Source: Candidatus Saccharimonadota bacterium
Lineage (GTDB): Bacteria > Pseudomonadota > Alphaproteobacteria > Rickettsiales > Anaplasmataceae
Length of the DNA stretch: 32,000 nucleotides
Assembly: GCF_013365475.1 (NCBI RefSeq)
Contig: NZ_CP046579.1
Coordinates: forward strand, 510,001-542,000
Direction: 5' to 3'
Shown: in pieces, positions 19,011 through 29,433 of the stretch
How the letters are laid out: each line of letters opens with the position of its first letter
How positions within the stretch are numbered: the stretch's first letter is position 1
Notes under the pieces: generated by a model
The model's input: the letters and a program-made list of their open reading frames with translations, nothing else
Databases searched by the model: none
What the model was told of the DNA's origin: nothing
Translations under genes and position numbers: made by a program

Positions 19011-19664
19011 TCAACTTCTTTTTTTGACATAGCTAATTAGTTTATCAATGGTAGTTAACTTAATCTTATGTTGTCCAGCAAACTCAAGTAACTGAGGTAA
19101 ACGCATCATAGAACCATCATCATTAACTAATTCACATCCAACAGCTGCATGATTAAGATCAACTAACTTTGCTATTTCTACACTAGCTTCAGTATGACCA
19201 TTGCGTGCCAAGACTCCGCTATCATTTGCAATAATAGGAAAAACGTGGCCAGGAGTAATAATGTCATCCTTAGTGCTCTTTTCATCAATAGCAATAAGTA
19301 TTGTACGTGTCCTGTCATTAGCGGAAACGCCTGTTGTAATACCATAACGTGCATCGATTGATGTAGTAAATGCAGTATGAGGAGTAAGTTTCTCATCCAC
19401 ATTACTTCTTCTCATAAACTCAAGACCTAGCCTATTCATGTGAATCTTTGTCATAGCTAAGAATACGATGCCAGTACCATATCTAATCATAAAAGCTACG
19501 TGCTTTGGCTTTAATTTTTCAGCTAAGATGATCAAATCTCCTTCATTTTCCCTATCTTCATTATCAACTAAAATAAATAATTTACCAGACTGGGCATCCT
19601 CTAATACATCTTCTACAGGAGAAATATATGATAGATCCATTGATGCATAAGTAGCTTCTACCAT
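19011..19664 (-). CDS. ribB: 3,4-dihydroxy-2-butanone 4-phosphate synthase (riboflavin biosynthesis)
   Basis: 217-aa ORF with DHBP synthase motifs (DRENEGDLI, TAFTTSID, NGHTEASV). It is monofunctional in length, with no fused GTP cyclohydrolase II domain. Confidence 0.9.
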   Translation of the reverse strand: MVEATYASMDLSYISPVEDVLEDAQSGKLFILVDNEDRENEGDLIILAEKLKPKHVAFMIRYGTGIVFLAMTKIHMNRLGLEFMRRSNVDEKLTPHTAFTTSIDARYGITTGVSANDRTRTILIAIDEKSTKDDIITPGHVFPIIANDSGVLARNGHTEASVEIAKLVDLNHAAVGCELVNDDGSMMRLPQLLEFAGQHKIKLTTIDKLISYVKKRS

Positions 19665-19667
19665 AAT

Positions 19668-20162
19668 TTATTTAAACTCAATCCTAACTACTTTATATAA
19701 TTTCTCTCCGCTTGGGACTACTACCTCTACGTATTCACCAATTTTTTTGCCAATTAAAGCACTACCTAAAGGTGAGCTAGTAGATATTAATTGCCTTGAA
19801 ACATCAGCCTCATATTCACCTACAATTTTATAAATATACTCTACTTCACTACCATCGTCATTTAACATGCTTAATGTTACTGTTGCACCAAACATTACTG
19901 AATTACCAGATAAATTCTTTACCTCTATTACTTCTGCATGAGAAAGCTTGTTTTCTAGCTCTATTATACGACCTTCAATAAACCCTAACCTTTCTCGTGC
20001 AGCATGATACTCTGCGCTCTCAGACAAATCACCTTGATCGCGTGCATCAGAAATAGCCTGTATAATAGAAGGTTTTTCTTCTTTTAATTTCTCAAGCTCA
20101 GCTTGCATAAATCCAAAACCTTCTTTTGTTATAGGAAATTTTTTAATGACGGATGAAGTCAT
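19668..20162 (-). CDS. greA: Transcription elongation factor GreA
   Basis: Motifs FPITKEGF..ELEKLK and GDLSESAEYHAARE are present, plus the C-terminal FKBP-like domain. The track start at 20171 is GTG, so I use ATG 20162 (MTSSVIKK), preceded by GGTGG. Confidence 0.9.
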   Translation of the reverse strand: MTSSVIKKFPITKEGFGFMQAELEKLKEEKPSIIQAISDARDQGDLSESAEYHAARERLGFIEGRIIELENKLSHAEVIEVKNLSGNSVMFGATVTLSMLNDDGSEVEYIYKIVGEYEADVSRQLISTSSPLGSALIGKKIGEYVEVVVPSGEKLYKVVRIEFK

Positions 20163-20177
20163 AACCACCACCTAAAC

Positions 20178-21713
20178 TCAATTAAATTGAGTAATAAAAC
20201 TACTAACGATATTAAAAATATCCTTTTTGATAACATTATTCATGTCACTTGACAACTTTTCTAAAACTTCAGGATATTCATTATGAAAATAATTGATAAG
20301 CTCACATTCAAATTTACTAACGTTACTTATTTGTATCTTGCCTAGCTGATCATATAAATTAGAAAAAATGTACATCAGTACTACTTGTTCTTCTATCGGC
20401 ATAGGTGAATGCTGTTTTTGTTTTAATAGCTCAATAAGATATTTACCCTTATCCAAGGATAATTGGACACTAGCATCAAGATCAGAACTAAATCTTGCAA
20501 AATCCTCCAGTTCTCTATACTGAGCTAGACTTAGCTTTACAGAGCTAGAGACTTTTTTTACAGATTTCAGTTGTGCAGCAGAACCAATTCGCGAAACTGA
20601 TAAACCTATATTCACTGCAGGACGGAACCCTTTATGAAACAGCTCAGACTCAAGAAAAATTTGCCCATCAGTAATTGAAATTACATTAGTTGAAATGTAT
20701 GCAGATACATCACCTGCTTGAGTTTCAATAATCGGCAAAGCAGTCAAAGACCCATGTCCTTTCTCATTAGACATTTTAGCAGCTCTCTCAAGTAAACGAG
20801 AATGTACATAAAATATATCTCCAGGATAGGCCTCACGTCCAGGAGAACGTCTCAGCAGTAAAGATATTTGTCTGTACGCTATAGCATGCTTAGACAAATC
20901 ATCATATACTACCAAACAATGCATTCCATTATCACGGAAAAATTCTCCAATAGTGCAACCAGCATAAGGCGCTAAAAACTGCATAGGTGCACAGTCAGAT
21001 GCACTAGCCACAACTACAACTGTATAATCTAATGCTCCACTTTCTTTTAGTTTATTTACTACTTTTGCCACTGATGAAATTTTTTGCCCGATAGCAACAT
21101 AAACACAATAAATCTTTTGATACTCATCTGCCTTATCATTAATCCTTCTCTGATTAATGATAGTATCAAGTGCAATAGTAGTTTTCCCGATTTGTCTATC
21201 GCCAATAATTAGTTCACGCTGTCCTCTGCCTATTGGGATTAGTAAGTCTATAATTTTAATTCCGGTCTGTAGAGGTTCATGGACAGATTTACGATCAATA
21301 ATTCCTGGGGCCTTAGGGTCTATGTCCATTTTGTTCTTAACTGTAATCTTTCCACCACTGTCTATTGGGTAACCAAGTGCATTTACTACCCTTCCAAGTA
21401 ATTCATGTCCCACAGGCACTTGCATAACATCACCACTACATTTTACAATATCTCCTTCTTTTATATCACGATCATTACCAAGCACCACTACTCCAGCAGT
21501 ATCATGATCTAAATCAAAAACTATCCCTTCTATGCCACTCGCAAAAAGTACCTTTTCGCTAAACTTTGCTTCTTCAAGTCCGTAAATCAGTGCAATACCA
21601 TCAGTCACTGAAATCACTTCGCCTATATTTTCTCGTTTTATAGGATAATCAAATGTATCAACCTTTTCACGTATTATATTTACTATCTCAGAAGCATTTA
21701 TACTATCCTTCAT
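20178..21713 (-). CDS. atpA: F1 ATP synthase alpha subunit
   Basis: Walker A GDRQIGKT and typical alpha-subunit blocks ([23 protein letters not shown]). The track start at 21719 is TTG. ATG 21713 overlaps the atpH stop (ATGA). Confidence 0.95.
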   Translation of the reverse strand: MKDSINASEIVNIIREKVDTFDYPIKRENIGEVISVTDGIALIYGLEEAKFSEKVLFASGIEGIVFDLDHDTAGVVVLGNDRDIKEGDIVKCSGDVMQVPVGHELLGRVVNALGYPIDSGGKITVKNKMDIDPKAPGIIDRKSVHEPLQTGIKIIDLLIPIGRGQRELIIGDRQIGKTTIALDTIINQRRINDKADEYQKIYCVYVAIGQKISSVAKVVNKLKESGALDYTVVVVASASDCAPMQFLAPYAGCTIGEFFRDNGMHCLVVYDDLSKHAIAYRQISLLLRRSPGREAYPGDIFYVHSRLLERAAKMSNEKGHGSLTALPIIETQAGDVSAYISTNVISITDGQIFLESELFHKGFRPAVNIGLSVSRIGSAAQLKSVKKVSSSVKLSLAQYRELEDFARFSSDLDASVQLSLDKGKYLIELLKQKQHSPMPIEEQVVLMYIFSNLYDQLGKIQISNVSKFECELINYFHNEYPEVLEKLSSDMNNVIKKDIFNIVSSFITQFN

Positions 21714-22270
21714 ATACAACTCCTAATCTTTAATATCTCGGTTTTGCTAAAACCAACTAATCTATCTAAGTAACTTTTCAGCGAAACATCGATTAAACTA
21801 AAACCATACTTTACTACAAAACCACCAATTATGGAAGTGTCTACTATATTATCTACTTTTATTATCTTACCAATAGAACTCAAAGATTCAGTAATTATTT
21901 TTATGTCAGTCCCACTCAGCATCTCTGCTGACTTTATAGTAACTTCTAACTCATTATCATTTTCTCTTACAAGATTTAAGAACTTTTTTAGTATAAAGAG
22001 TAATAAATTAGAGCGCCTGTTTGCAAGTATTACTATAATGAATCTTACTAAGCTTTCATTCAGATCTCTACCTATGGAAAGTAGAACCTCTCTCTTGTGC
22101 GTAAGAGAAATTATAGGATGAGACAGATACATAAAAACCTCAGGTCGACTTTCAAAAAAATCCAATAAAAACTGGACTTCTTTTTTTATAGGACCTAACT
22201 TGTTTTTTGCAACATAAAACAGGACCTTAGCATAAGATGAAATTAAATTAATGTATTGAGCCTTTTTCAC
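21710..22270 (-). CDS. atpH: F1 ATP synthase delta subunit (OSCP)
   Basis: 186-aa ORF directly upstream of, and translationally coupled to, atpA. Length and C-terminal pattern ([19 protein letters not shown]) are typical of the delta subunit. The start codon is GTG at 22270. Confidence 0.8.
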   Translation of the reverse strand: MKKAQYINLISSYAKVLFYVAKNKLGPIKKEVQFLLDFFESRPEVFMYLSHPIISLTHKREVLLSIGRDLNESLVRFIIVILANRRSNLLLFILKKFLNLVRENDNELEVTIKSAEMLSGTDIKIITESLSSIGKIIKVDNIVDTSIIGGFVVKYGFSLIDVSLKSYLDRLVGFSKTEILKIRSCI

Positions 22271-23441
22271 ATTAAATTACACATATATAAAAAGCTAAAT
22301 ATCTTACAGTTTGGCCATATGGTCAACTAAAAAGCTTAGACCTCAGCTGATATACAACCAAAACTTTTATGGCTTAAATTCATTTAGTTATTTGTCTGCT
22401 AAGGAAAAACATGCTAAAAATAGTTAGATCCAACGATCAAGTTAATTATAACGATTTTCTTAGAATAAAGGAAAATACTTTTCACTACTTACCTATTACT
22501 AATTGCTAACTACTAGCTAAAAAGATCACATCACCAAAGATAACACATAATTTTATAAACATTTCTTCTTAATTTAACAAAAGAATATCGCTAAAGCAAC
22601 TTGAAAAGTGTATTCTCAGCAGAGCATGACAATCTAAATACATTGTGGTTTTACTTTTTTAAGTTTAAAAGTTGCTGATTGCAACCTTTGTTCTAGGCAG
22701 CTCTTTACTGACATCCTGCCCTTTCTTCAAAAAAAAATTCCTAGTATATATAGATCAAGAAACGGATCATGAGAAAAAAGGCACATACAGACATGTTTCA
22801 AGATGAACATATCCTTTTAGATTAGATGCTACTTCTACAGCCTATCTATAGTAATTACTATATACACATATGTTCTCGACTCACTTTTAACAATACAACA
22901 TGACATTTACCTATTCTTCTTTAAGCTAAAATATAGTAACTTACCAAGTAGGTTAATTGCAAGATGTTCCTTTCTTGCTTAATTTTAAGAGCATTAATCT
23001 TCCTTTCTTTAGAAAAAGAGATAGCAAATTTCTCTTATTTGTATTCTTCAAAGGTTTATCTTATTTTGTTTTTATACTTAAACTCTCAAAATCAATTATC
23101 TTTACTTATATATCCCGCTAGCGGGAGTCCTAGATATTAAGAGCCCATATTCCAGTCTAATTGCTTTTTCAGTAGTTTGTTTCTTGTTTTCGAGTATGCT
23201 ATATGTCGGTAAAGCCAGATAATTCAATAAGGAGTCTTGAAATTCTCTCACCATGTACTTATACTAACTCCTAGATCTGTAAAGGTTGTACTTATGGTTT
23301 ATTATCTATATACAACATTTATTTACCTTCTTAAAATAGTCATAAATAGTTATGAGTTCTAATGATAGAAGGGATTTTCGCAATTTCAATAAAAATTTCA
23401 AATATATTTAGATTGAATTAGCTTTTACAAAAAAAGAGAAA

Positions 23442-24140
23442 ATGGGTAAGTCACAACTAGTCAAGAAGGTATTTGATACTGTAGCAGACTACTATGATAT
23501 TATGAATGACATGATGAGCTTTGGTATGCACAGGATATGGAAGGATAAGATGGTTAGTAGCACGTATTTTATAAAAGACTCAAAGGTTTTAGATATTGCC
23601 GGAGGGACAGGAGATATAGCAATAAGAATCGCAAGAAAAGAACCAAGTGCTCAAATAACAGTATGCGATATAAATCAAAATATGCTAAACAGAGGAATTG
23701 ATAAAGCTATAAATTCAAACCAGCTTAATTTTAATTGGGTATGCGCAAATGCAGAAAATTTACCATTTGAAGACTCAACATTTGATTACTGTACAATAGC
23801 TTTTGGTATTCGAAATGTTTCTGATCGTAAAAAAGCTTTAAGTGAAGCATATAGAGTACTGAAACTAAGCGGGAAATTCATTTGCTTAGAATTTGCTCCT
23901 ACGAACTATGAAAATAAGATGTTTAATAAATTTTATGACTTATATTCATTTAAAGTAATCCCAAAAATCGGCGGCTTAGTTGCTAAAGACAAAAATCCTT
24001 ATGAATACTTAGTGAGAAGTATCAGAAAGTTTCCAACTCAAGCTGAGTTCCAAATGGAAATTATAGAAGTAGGGTTTCATAACGTTGAGTTTCATAACAT
24101 GAGCTGCGGAATAGTGGCATTATATATTGGAGTAAAATAA
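23442..24140 (+). CDS. ubiE: Ubiquinone/menaquinone biosynthesis C-methyltransferase UbiE
   Basis: 232-aa ORF with the UbiE signature [17 protein letters not shown] and the SAM-binding motif [10 protein letters not shown]. Confidence 0.9.
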   Translation: MGKSQLVKKVFDTVADYYDIMNDMMSFGMHRIWKDKMVSSTYFIKDSKVLDIAGGTGDIAIRIARKEPSAQITVCDINQNMLNRGIDKAINSNQLNFNWVCANAENLPFEDSTFDYCTIAFGIRNVSDRKKALSEAYRVLKLSGKFICLEFAPTNYENKMFNKFYDLYSFKVIPKIGGLVAKDKNPYEYLVRSIRKFPTQAEFQMEIIEVGFHNVEFHNMSCGIVALYIGVK

Positions 24141-24166
24141 TCATCAGAATGTGATATAGAACATAT

Positions 24167-24197
24167 GGTATTAACTTAGATTTAGTACCCTTTTTGG
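24167..24197 (+). terminator. Weak candidate intrinsic terminator after ubiE
   Basis: GGTATT (24167-24172) pairs with AGTACC (24184-24189) as a 6-bp stem with one G-U pair and an 11-nt loop, followed by CTTTTTGG. The stem is short and the loop is large. Confidence 0.3.
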
Positions 24198-24875
24198 TCT
24201 CATAAGATTTACTCTTAATTTAGTAAAGATACACTTGCATATTCTTCATTTTAGACAATATATTTTGCATACATCATAGTAATATACTACTAAACCATAC
24301 TTAACCTCTCGTTTAGCAATCCCATTATGGGTTTTACTCAGTAATACTAGGTAATACTAATTAAAGACATAAATTGATTAATGCTATTAACTCAAATAGT
24401 AAGCTCTGATTCACACCAAGAAGATTTACTAGGAAATAGCATAAACCAGCTCTAACTATGGAGATAGCTTTCAGGTTATAATACTAATTTATCAGCCTAC
24501 CTTAAATATACCTTAGCAGCATAGTACTGAACATTCTCCTTAAACCATTTAGCAAAAGGCAATTTACATTTTTACAATAATATTGTCCCAACTTTCCTTC
24601 CTGCACACATGTGCAGGTAGCCAAAGTGGCATTGTTTTCAAGAGCTATTTAGAAGGCCAGTACCTAAAGTATATATCACCAATTCCTACTTAACTTTTGT
24701 AGTAATATCTAAAATATTACTTATTCTTATGTAAACCTATGTTTGATCTATCTGATAAATCTACAAATTAACTCTTATTAGATAAATAAGCTTGCTTTCA
24801 GCTAGTAAATTATATCTTTCTCCTTTCCCCTAAAACTGAAATCCATATACTTAATTCTTGAAACTTTAAAATGAA

Positions 24876-26582
24876 ATGCGATCTGAAATCAGGCAGTTAC
24901 TTTACTATATAAAACCTAATCTACATTATTTCATTATAGCTTTTATTTCAGTTTTATTTTCTGCTCTAATGATTCTCCTTTTTGGTAGAGGGCTAAGCAG
25001 CATAATAGACTCTAGCGCAGAGAATAATTTTATCACCAAATTAGCAATGACTATGTTTATAATTCTGTCCATTTCTCTTACTGCATTTATTAGGTTGTAT
25101 TTCATTGGAATTGGTAGTGAAAAAGTTATTGCGAGGATCAGGTATGACTTATATAGTAACATTACTGATTTACAACCAAGTTTTTTTGAAAACACAGGTG
25201 TGCAAGATATAATTTCGGCATTAATCACTGATACTTCTGTGCTTCAATCAATAATAAATAGTAGCTTACTTACTATATTACGAAATTTTGTATTACTAAC
25301 TGGCAGTGTTGTTATGTTGTTATGTACAAATCTATACTTAACTACATATGCAGCTACAATAGTGCCAGTATTATTGATCATTATGACATCACTTGGGAAA
25401 AAGGTACGAGGTTATGCACGCCTTGCCCAGAGTAAGTTAAGCGAATTAGCATCATTTAGTGAAGAAAATTTCAGGTCTATAGTAACTATTAAATCATTTG
25501 TACTAGAAGAAAATGAGAAAATACGTTTTAAGAAACACTTGAACTCAGTATCTGAATCATACATAAGATTGGTTCTTTTACGTGCTATTTTGGTAACTTT
25601 GATTATTTTATGTGTAATAGGTTCATTAGTTATTTTGCTCTTTTTTGGTATCAAAGAAGTCTTAAACAGTAATATGACTATTGGAGAGCTATCTTCATTT
25701 GTGTTCTACTCAGCGCTTGCAGCAGGAGCTATAAATAATTTAAGTGATAATGTTAGTGATTTACAACGAGGCCTTGGGGTAGTGGAGCATTTATTTGAAT
25801 TCAAAGGTATAAAAAGCTCTATAGTGGACACTAGCAATCCTATAAAAATTTCTAATGTTCAGAAAGAAATTGCATTTAACAATGTAACATTTTTCTATGA
25901 ATCTCACCTTGATAAACCAGTATTAAGCAATGTATCCTTTTCCATAAAGGTAGGTCAGTCTATTTCAATCATAGGACCCTCTGGTAGTGGTAAAAGCACT
26001 ATTTTAAAACTTTTGCTTCGCTTTCATGATCCAAGTAAAGGTAGCATTACTATTGATGGGTACAACATTAAGTCAATTGCACTAAGTAACCTCAGATTGT
26101 TATTTGGTTTAGTGCCGCAAGATCACATGATGTTTTCTTGCTCAATAATGGAAAATATACTATACGGTAAACCGGGTGCTAAGTATGAAGAAGTAAAACA
26201 AGCAGCCATTAGTGCTTATGCAATGGAATTTATTGATAAGCTACCTAATAAATTTGATACATTTGTAGGGAAAAGAGGACTAAAGCTTTCTGAAGGACAA
26301 AAACAACGTATTGTAATAGCGAGAGCCATGCTCAAAAATCCTCAGATTCTAATGTTAGATGAGGCAACTTCTGCCTTAGATTACAAAAGTGAGGACCTCG
26401 TGCAGAAGGCACTAAACAAATTAATGCAAAACAGAACGACGATAATGGTTACGCATAGGCTATCGTCCACACTAAAAACAGATAAGATAGTAGTAGTTAA
26501 TCAGGGGAAAATAGAAGAAGTAGGAACTCATGACTCCCTGATGCGTAAAAAGGGACTATATGCAAAATTGGCGAAAATATAG
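24876..26582 (+). CDS. ABC exporter, fused permease/ATPase (ABCB / MsbA-like type)
   Basis: 568-aa ORF with a six-helix N-terminal TMD, Walker A GPSGSGKST, signature LSEGQKQR, Walker B ILMLDEATSALD and H-loop VTHRLS. I cannot tell from sequence whether it partners the HlyD-family protein. Confidence 0.85.
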   Translation: MRSEIRQLLYYIKPNLHYFIIAFISVLFSALMILLFGRGLSSIIDSSAENNFITKLAMTMFIILSISLTAFIRLYFIGIGSEKVIARIRYDLYSNITDLQPSFFENTGVQDIISALITDTSVLQSIINSSLLTILRNFVLLTGSVVMLLCTNLYLTTYAATIVPVLLIIMTSLGKKVRGYARLAQSKLSELASFSEENFRSIVTIKSFVLEENEKIRFKKHLNSVSESYIRLVLLRAILVTLIILCVIGSLVILLFFGIKEVLNSNMTIGELSSFVFYSALAAGAINNLSDNVSDLQRGLGVVEHLFEFKGIKSSIVDTSNPIKISNVQKEIAFNNVTFFYESHLDKPVLSNVSFSIKVGQSISIIGPSGSGKSTILKLLLRFHDPSKGSITIDGYNIKSIALSNLRLLFGLVPQDHMMFSCSIMENILYGKPGAKYEEVKQAAISAYAMEFIDKLPNKFDTFVGKRGLKLSEGQKQRIVIARAMLKNPQILMLDEATSALDYKSEDLVQKALNKLMQNRTTIMVTHRLSSTLKTDKIVVVNQGKIEEVGTHDSLMRKKGLYAKLAKI

Positions 26583-27691
26583 CAAATATAGTTTTGATAG
26601 AATGAGGCTTAAATTAAAGTTAATATCCTAAAACTCAGAGTAAAATCATTTATATTTCTAGATATTTAGCTCATAGATATGTACTCATGCTATTAGTTTT
26701 AGCCCATAGTTTTTATCTATGTTAGAGTTATCATGATATACACCACAATCATCGTAGTGCACTGATTCTATTCACTAAAAAGTCATTTTAAAAATTTATA
26801 CATATATAAGTGTTGCTTTAGTATAATATGCTTTATCTCCTTACATTTGAAGTATGTGAACACTACTTGAGTTTATCTATATAAGAATATAAGATATAAA
26901 TAAATCTACCAGCTTGTAAGGATGACTTAAACACACCAAACTTGGCTCCTATGCTACAAAATTGCAATCATTTTGCCTGTGATAATTTAAAATAGGTGTC
27001 TTAAAATGATCTTGTGACTTGCTATCTAATTTTATAGCCATATATAGGATGTCTGTTCCATAACATAACATGGATAAACTTTATTATCAGATGTAAAGCA
27101 TGATACCACATGATAAGTTTGGTAACAGAATATATAAAAACATTTCCTCAAGAATACAAAAGTTTTTCTACACACGTGCGGTTCGATTACTATGTTCTTA
27201 ATTGCACATCTTTTAAGTTAGGTATTATTCTCCATCTTAGAGAGATTTTAACTGATATATCGAGCACTGCTGTAACCTCTCCTAGAGCAGTTCAGTATGA
27301 TATAGTAATGTATAATGTGCCACATTTATGACTCTAGCAATACAGAAATCAAAGATGATGAAAGTAAGGAAACATGTAGAGGAATCAAAAATGAATAGTA
27401 CCATGCTAAGACAATAACCAATATTTACTTAATACTTTAAGTAGAGTAAAAGATGAAAAAGAAAATGTAGATTATATGTTTTTACATATTCATTTGCTAT
27501 CAGCAGTCTATTCAGTAAGAGTGAATCAATATATGCTTAGGTTATGAAGTTTCTGACTGTTATTAATTATGGAAAGAAAAGGAATATTTATTTCTTGCAA
27601 TTTCTCTTTATGCTCACGAGATACATTATGAGAAGCTTTCAACTCATGCCACTTATTTACTATACTGTACATGATTTTAGCTTTTTGATTA

Positions 27692-29398
27692 ATGAACATT
27701 TTTAAACGAATTTCCTCGCTAATCTCTAGAAAACTAGATGAGTTAAAGCAAAGTGGTATTATAAATATGGAGGTAGAGAATTTTATCTTAGAGCCACCAA
27801 GTAATAGAGCGCGTGGAGATATTTATACAAACGTTGCTATTGTGATTGCAAGATATGAAAGGAAAAACCCTATTGAGATTGCAGAAGTACTAGCAAAAGA
27901 ATTTAAACTCTTTAATGAAGTTAAGAAAGTAGAGATAGCTCACCCTGGTTTTATCAATATGTACTTAAAAATAGAAGTATGGCACGGGATTGTTAAACAA
28001 ATAAATGAGCAGAAAACAGAGTTTGGTACTCTAAACGTTGGAAATAACCAAGCCATTAATCTTGAATTTGTATCTGCAAATCCAACTGGTCCACTGCATA
28101 TTGGTCATGCAAGAGGAGCAGTATTTGGTGACGTCTTAGCAAATTTGCTAGAAAAAGTCGGATATAAAATCACTAAGGAGTATTACATTAATGATGCTGG
28201 AGCACAGATAGATAATTTAATCCGATCAGTATATCTACGATATAGAGAAGCCCTAGGAGAGAAGATTAGTATTGAAAAAGGTTTATATCCAGGTGAATAT
28301 TTAAAAGCAATAGGAGAAGGATTAAGCAAAAAATATGGCAAAGGTCTCTTAGAAAAGCAAGATTATCAAGTAATTAGAAATTATACCTTAAATTCTATTT
28401 TAAGACTCATAAAAGAAGATATGCGCTTACTTGGAGTAAGTCATGATGTCTTTACTTCAGAATATGAGTTACAAAAAAGTGGTAAAATTGAAGAGAGCAT
28501 AAAGATATTATCTAATAAGGGTTTAGTATATGAGGGATATCTAGAAAAACCAAAAGGTAAGGAAAAAAAAAATTGGGCTTCTAGAAAAGAGATGTTGTTT
28601 TGCTCCACAAAGTTTGGTGATGATGTTGATCGTGCGTTAAAAAAAGAAGATGGAAGCTGGACTTATTTTGCATCAGATATTGCCTATCATTTTGATAAGA
28701 TATCACGCGGTTTTAACAATATGGTAGTAGAGCTTGGCAGTGATCATGGTGGCTATATCAAAAGGCTCAAAGCAGTTGTATCCGCGTTAAGTGGCAACAA
28801 GGCAAAGATAGAGGTAAAGCTACATAATATTGTAAATTTCTTAGAAAATGGAAAACCTGTTAAAATGTCCAAAAGATCAGGAAATTTTCTGACAGCAAGG
28901 GATGTAGTTAAGAAAGTTGGCAGGGATATTACCCGTTTTACAATGCTAACGCAAAAAAACGACATGGTTCTTGATTTTGATTTTGCAAAAGTAAAGGAGC
29001 AATCAAAAAACAATCCTATTTTTTACGTGCAATATGCATACGCTCGTGCTCACTCATTAATGCGCAATGCTCCAAAAGAACTTCCAAACGCAAATCCCTC
29101 ACTTTTGAAAAATGATGGAGAGCTATCACTTATAAAAATCTTGGCAAAATGGCCAAGTATAGTAGAAGTATCAGCAAAGCTTTATGAGCCACATAGAATT
29201 ACTTTTTATTTACTTGAAGTTGCAGAAGCATTCCATGCTTTATGGGGATATGGGAAAAACGATTCGAATATGCGATTTATACTGAAAGATGATTTAGATC
29301 TGACTGCTGCAAGAATATTCCTTGTTCAAGCTTTAGCACACATCATTGCTTCCGGATTTTCTATTTTTAATATAGAGCCTCTGAAAGAGATGAAATAA
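27692..29398 (+). CDS. argS: Arginine--tRNA ligase
   Basis: 568-aa class I synthetase with the HIGH motif (ANPTGPLHIGHARG), a KMSK-like motif (VKMSKRSGNF) and the anticodon-binding end FYVQYAYAR. Confidence 0.9.
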   Translation: MNIFKRISSLISRKLDELKQSGIINMEVENFILEPPSNRARGDIYTNVAIVIARYERKNPIEIAEVLAKEFKLFNEVKKVEIAHPGFINMYLKIEVWHGIVKQINEQKTEFGTLNVGNNQAINLEFVSANPTGPLHIGHARGAVFGDVLANLLEKVGYKITKEYYINDAGAQIDNLIRSVYLRYREALGEKISIEKGLYPGEYLKAIGEGLSKKYGKGLLEKQDYQVIRNYTLNSILRLIKEDMRLLGVSHDVFTSEYELQKSGKIEESIKILSNKGLVYEGYLEKPKGKEKKNWASRKEMLFCSTKFGDDVDRALKKEDGSWTYFASDIAYHFDKISRGFNNMVVELGSDHGGYIKRLKAVVSALSGNKAKIEVKLHNIVNFLENGKPVKMSKRSGNFLTARDVVKKVGRDITRFTMLTQKNDMVLDFDFAKVKEQSKNNPIFYVQYAYARAHSLMRNAPKELPNANPSLLKNDGELSLIKILAKWPSIVEVSAKLYEPHRITFYLLEVAEAFHALWGYGKNDSNMRFILKDDLDLTAARIFLVQALAHIIASGFSIFNIEPLKEMK

Positions 29399-29433
29399 AC
29401 TAAAGAAATTTTATAAGTCTATCCGTAATTAAA

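Noticed and set aside
27176-27190. GTGCGGTTCGATTAC, which resembles a tRNA/tmRNA T-loop (GGTTCGA)
   Set aside because: The flanking bases do not form a T-stem (GTGCG vs TACTA), and no acceptor, D or anticodon arms can be built around it.
27110-27331. 73-aa + strand ORF in the ABC/argS spacer
   Set aside because: It has no recognisable motif, no RBS and no hydrophobic or domain pattern, and its size is within reach of chance. It stays only as a candidate to test by BLAST under the spacer finding.
27526-27672. 48-aa minus-strand ORF (MYSIVNKWHELKASHNVSREHKEKLQEINIPF...) divergent from argS
   Set aside because: Its composition is protein-like, but it has no motif I recognise and no RBS, and it is below a meaningful length. 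It may be a relic and is not callable.
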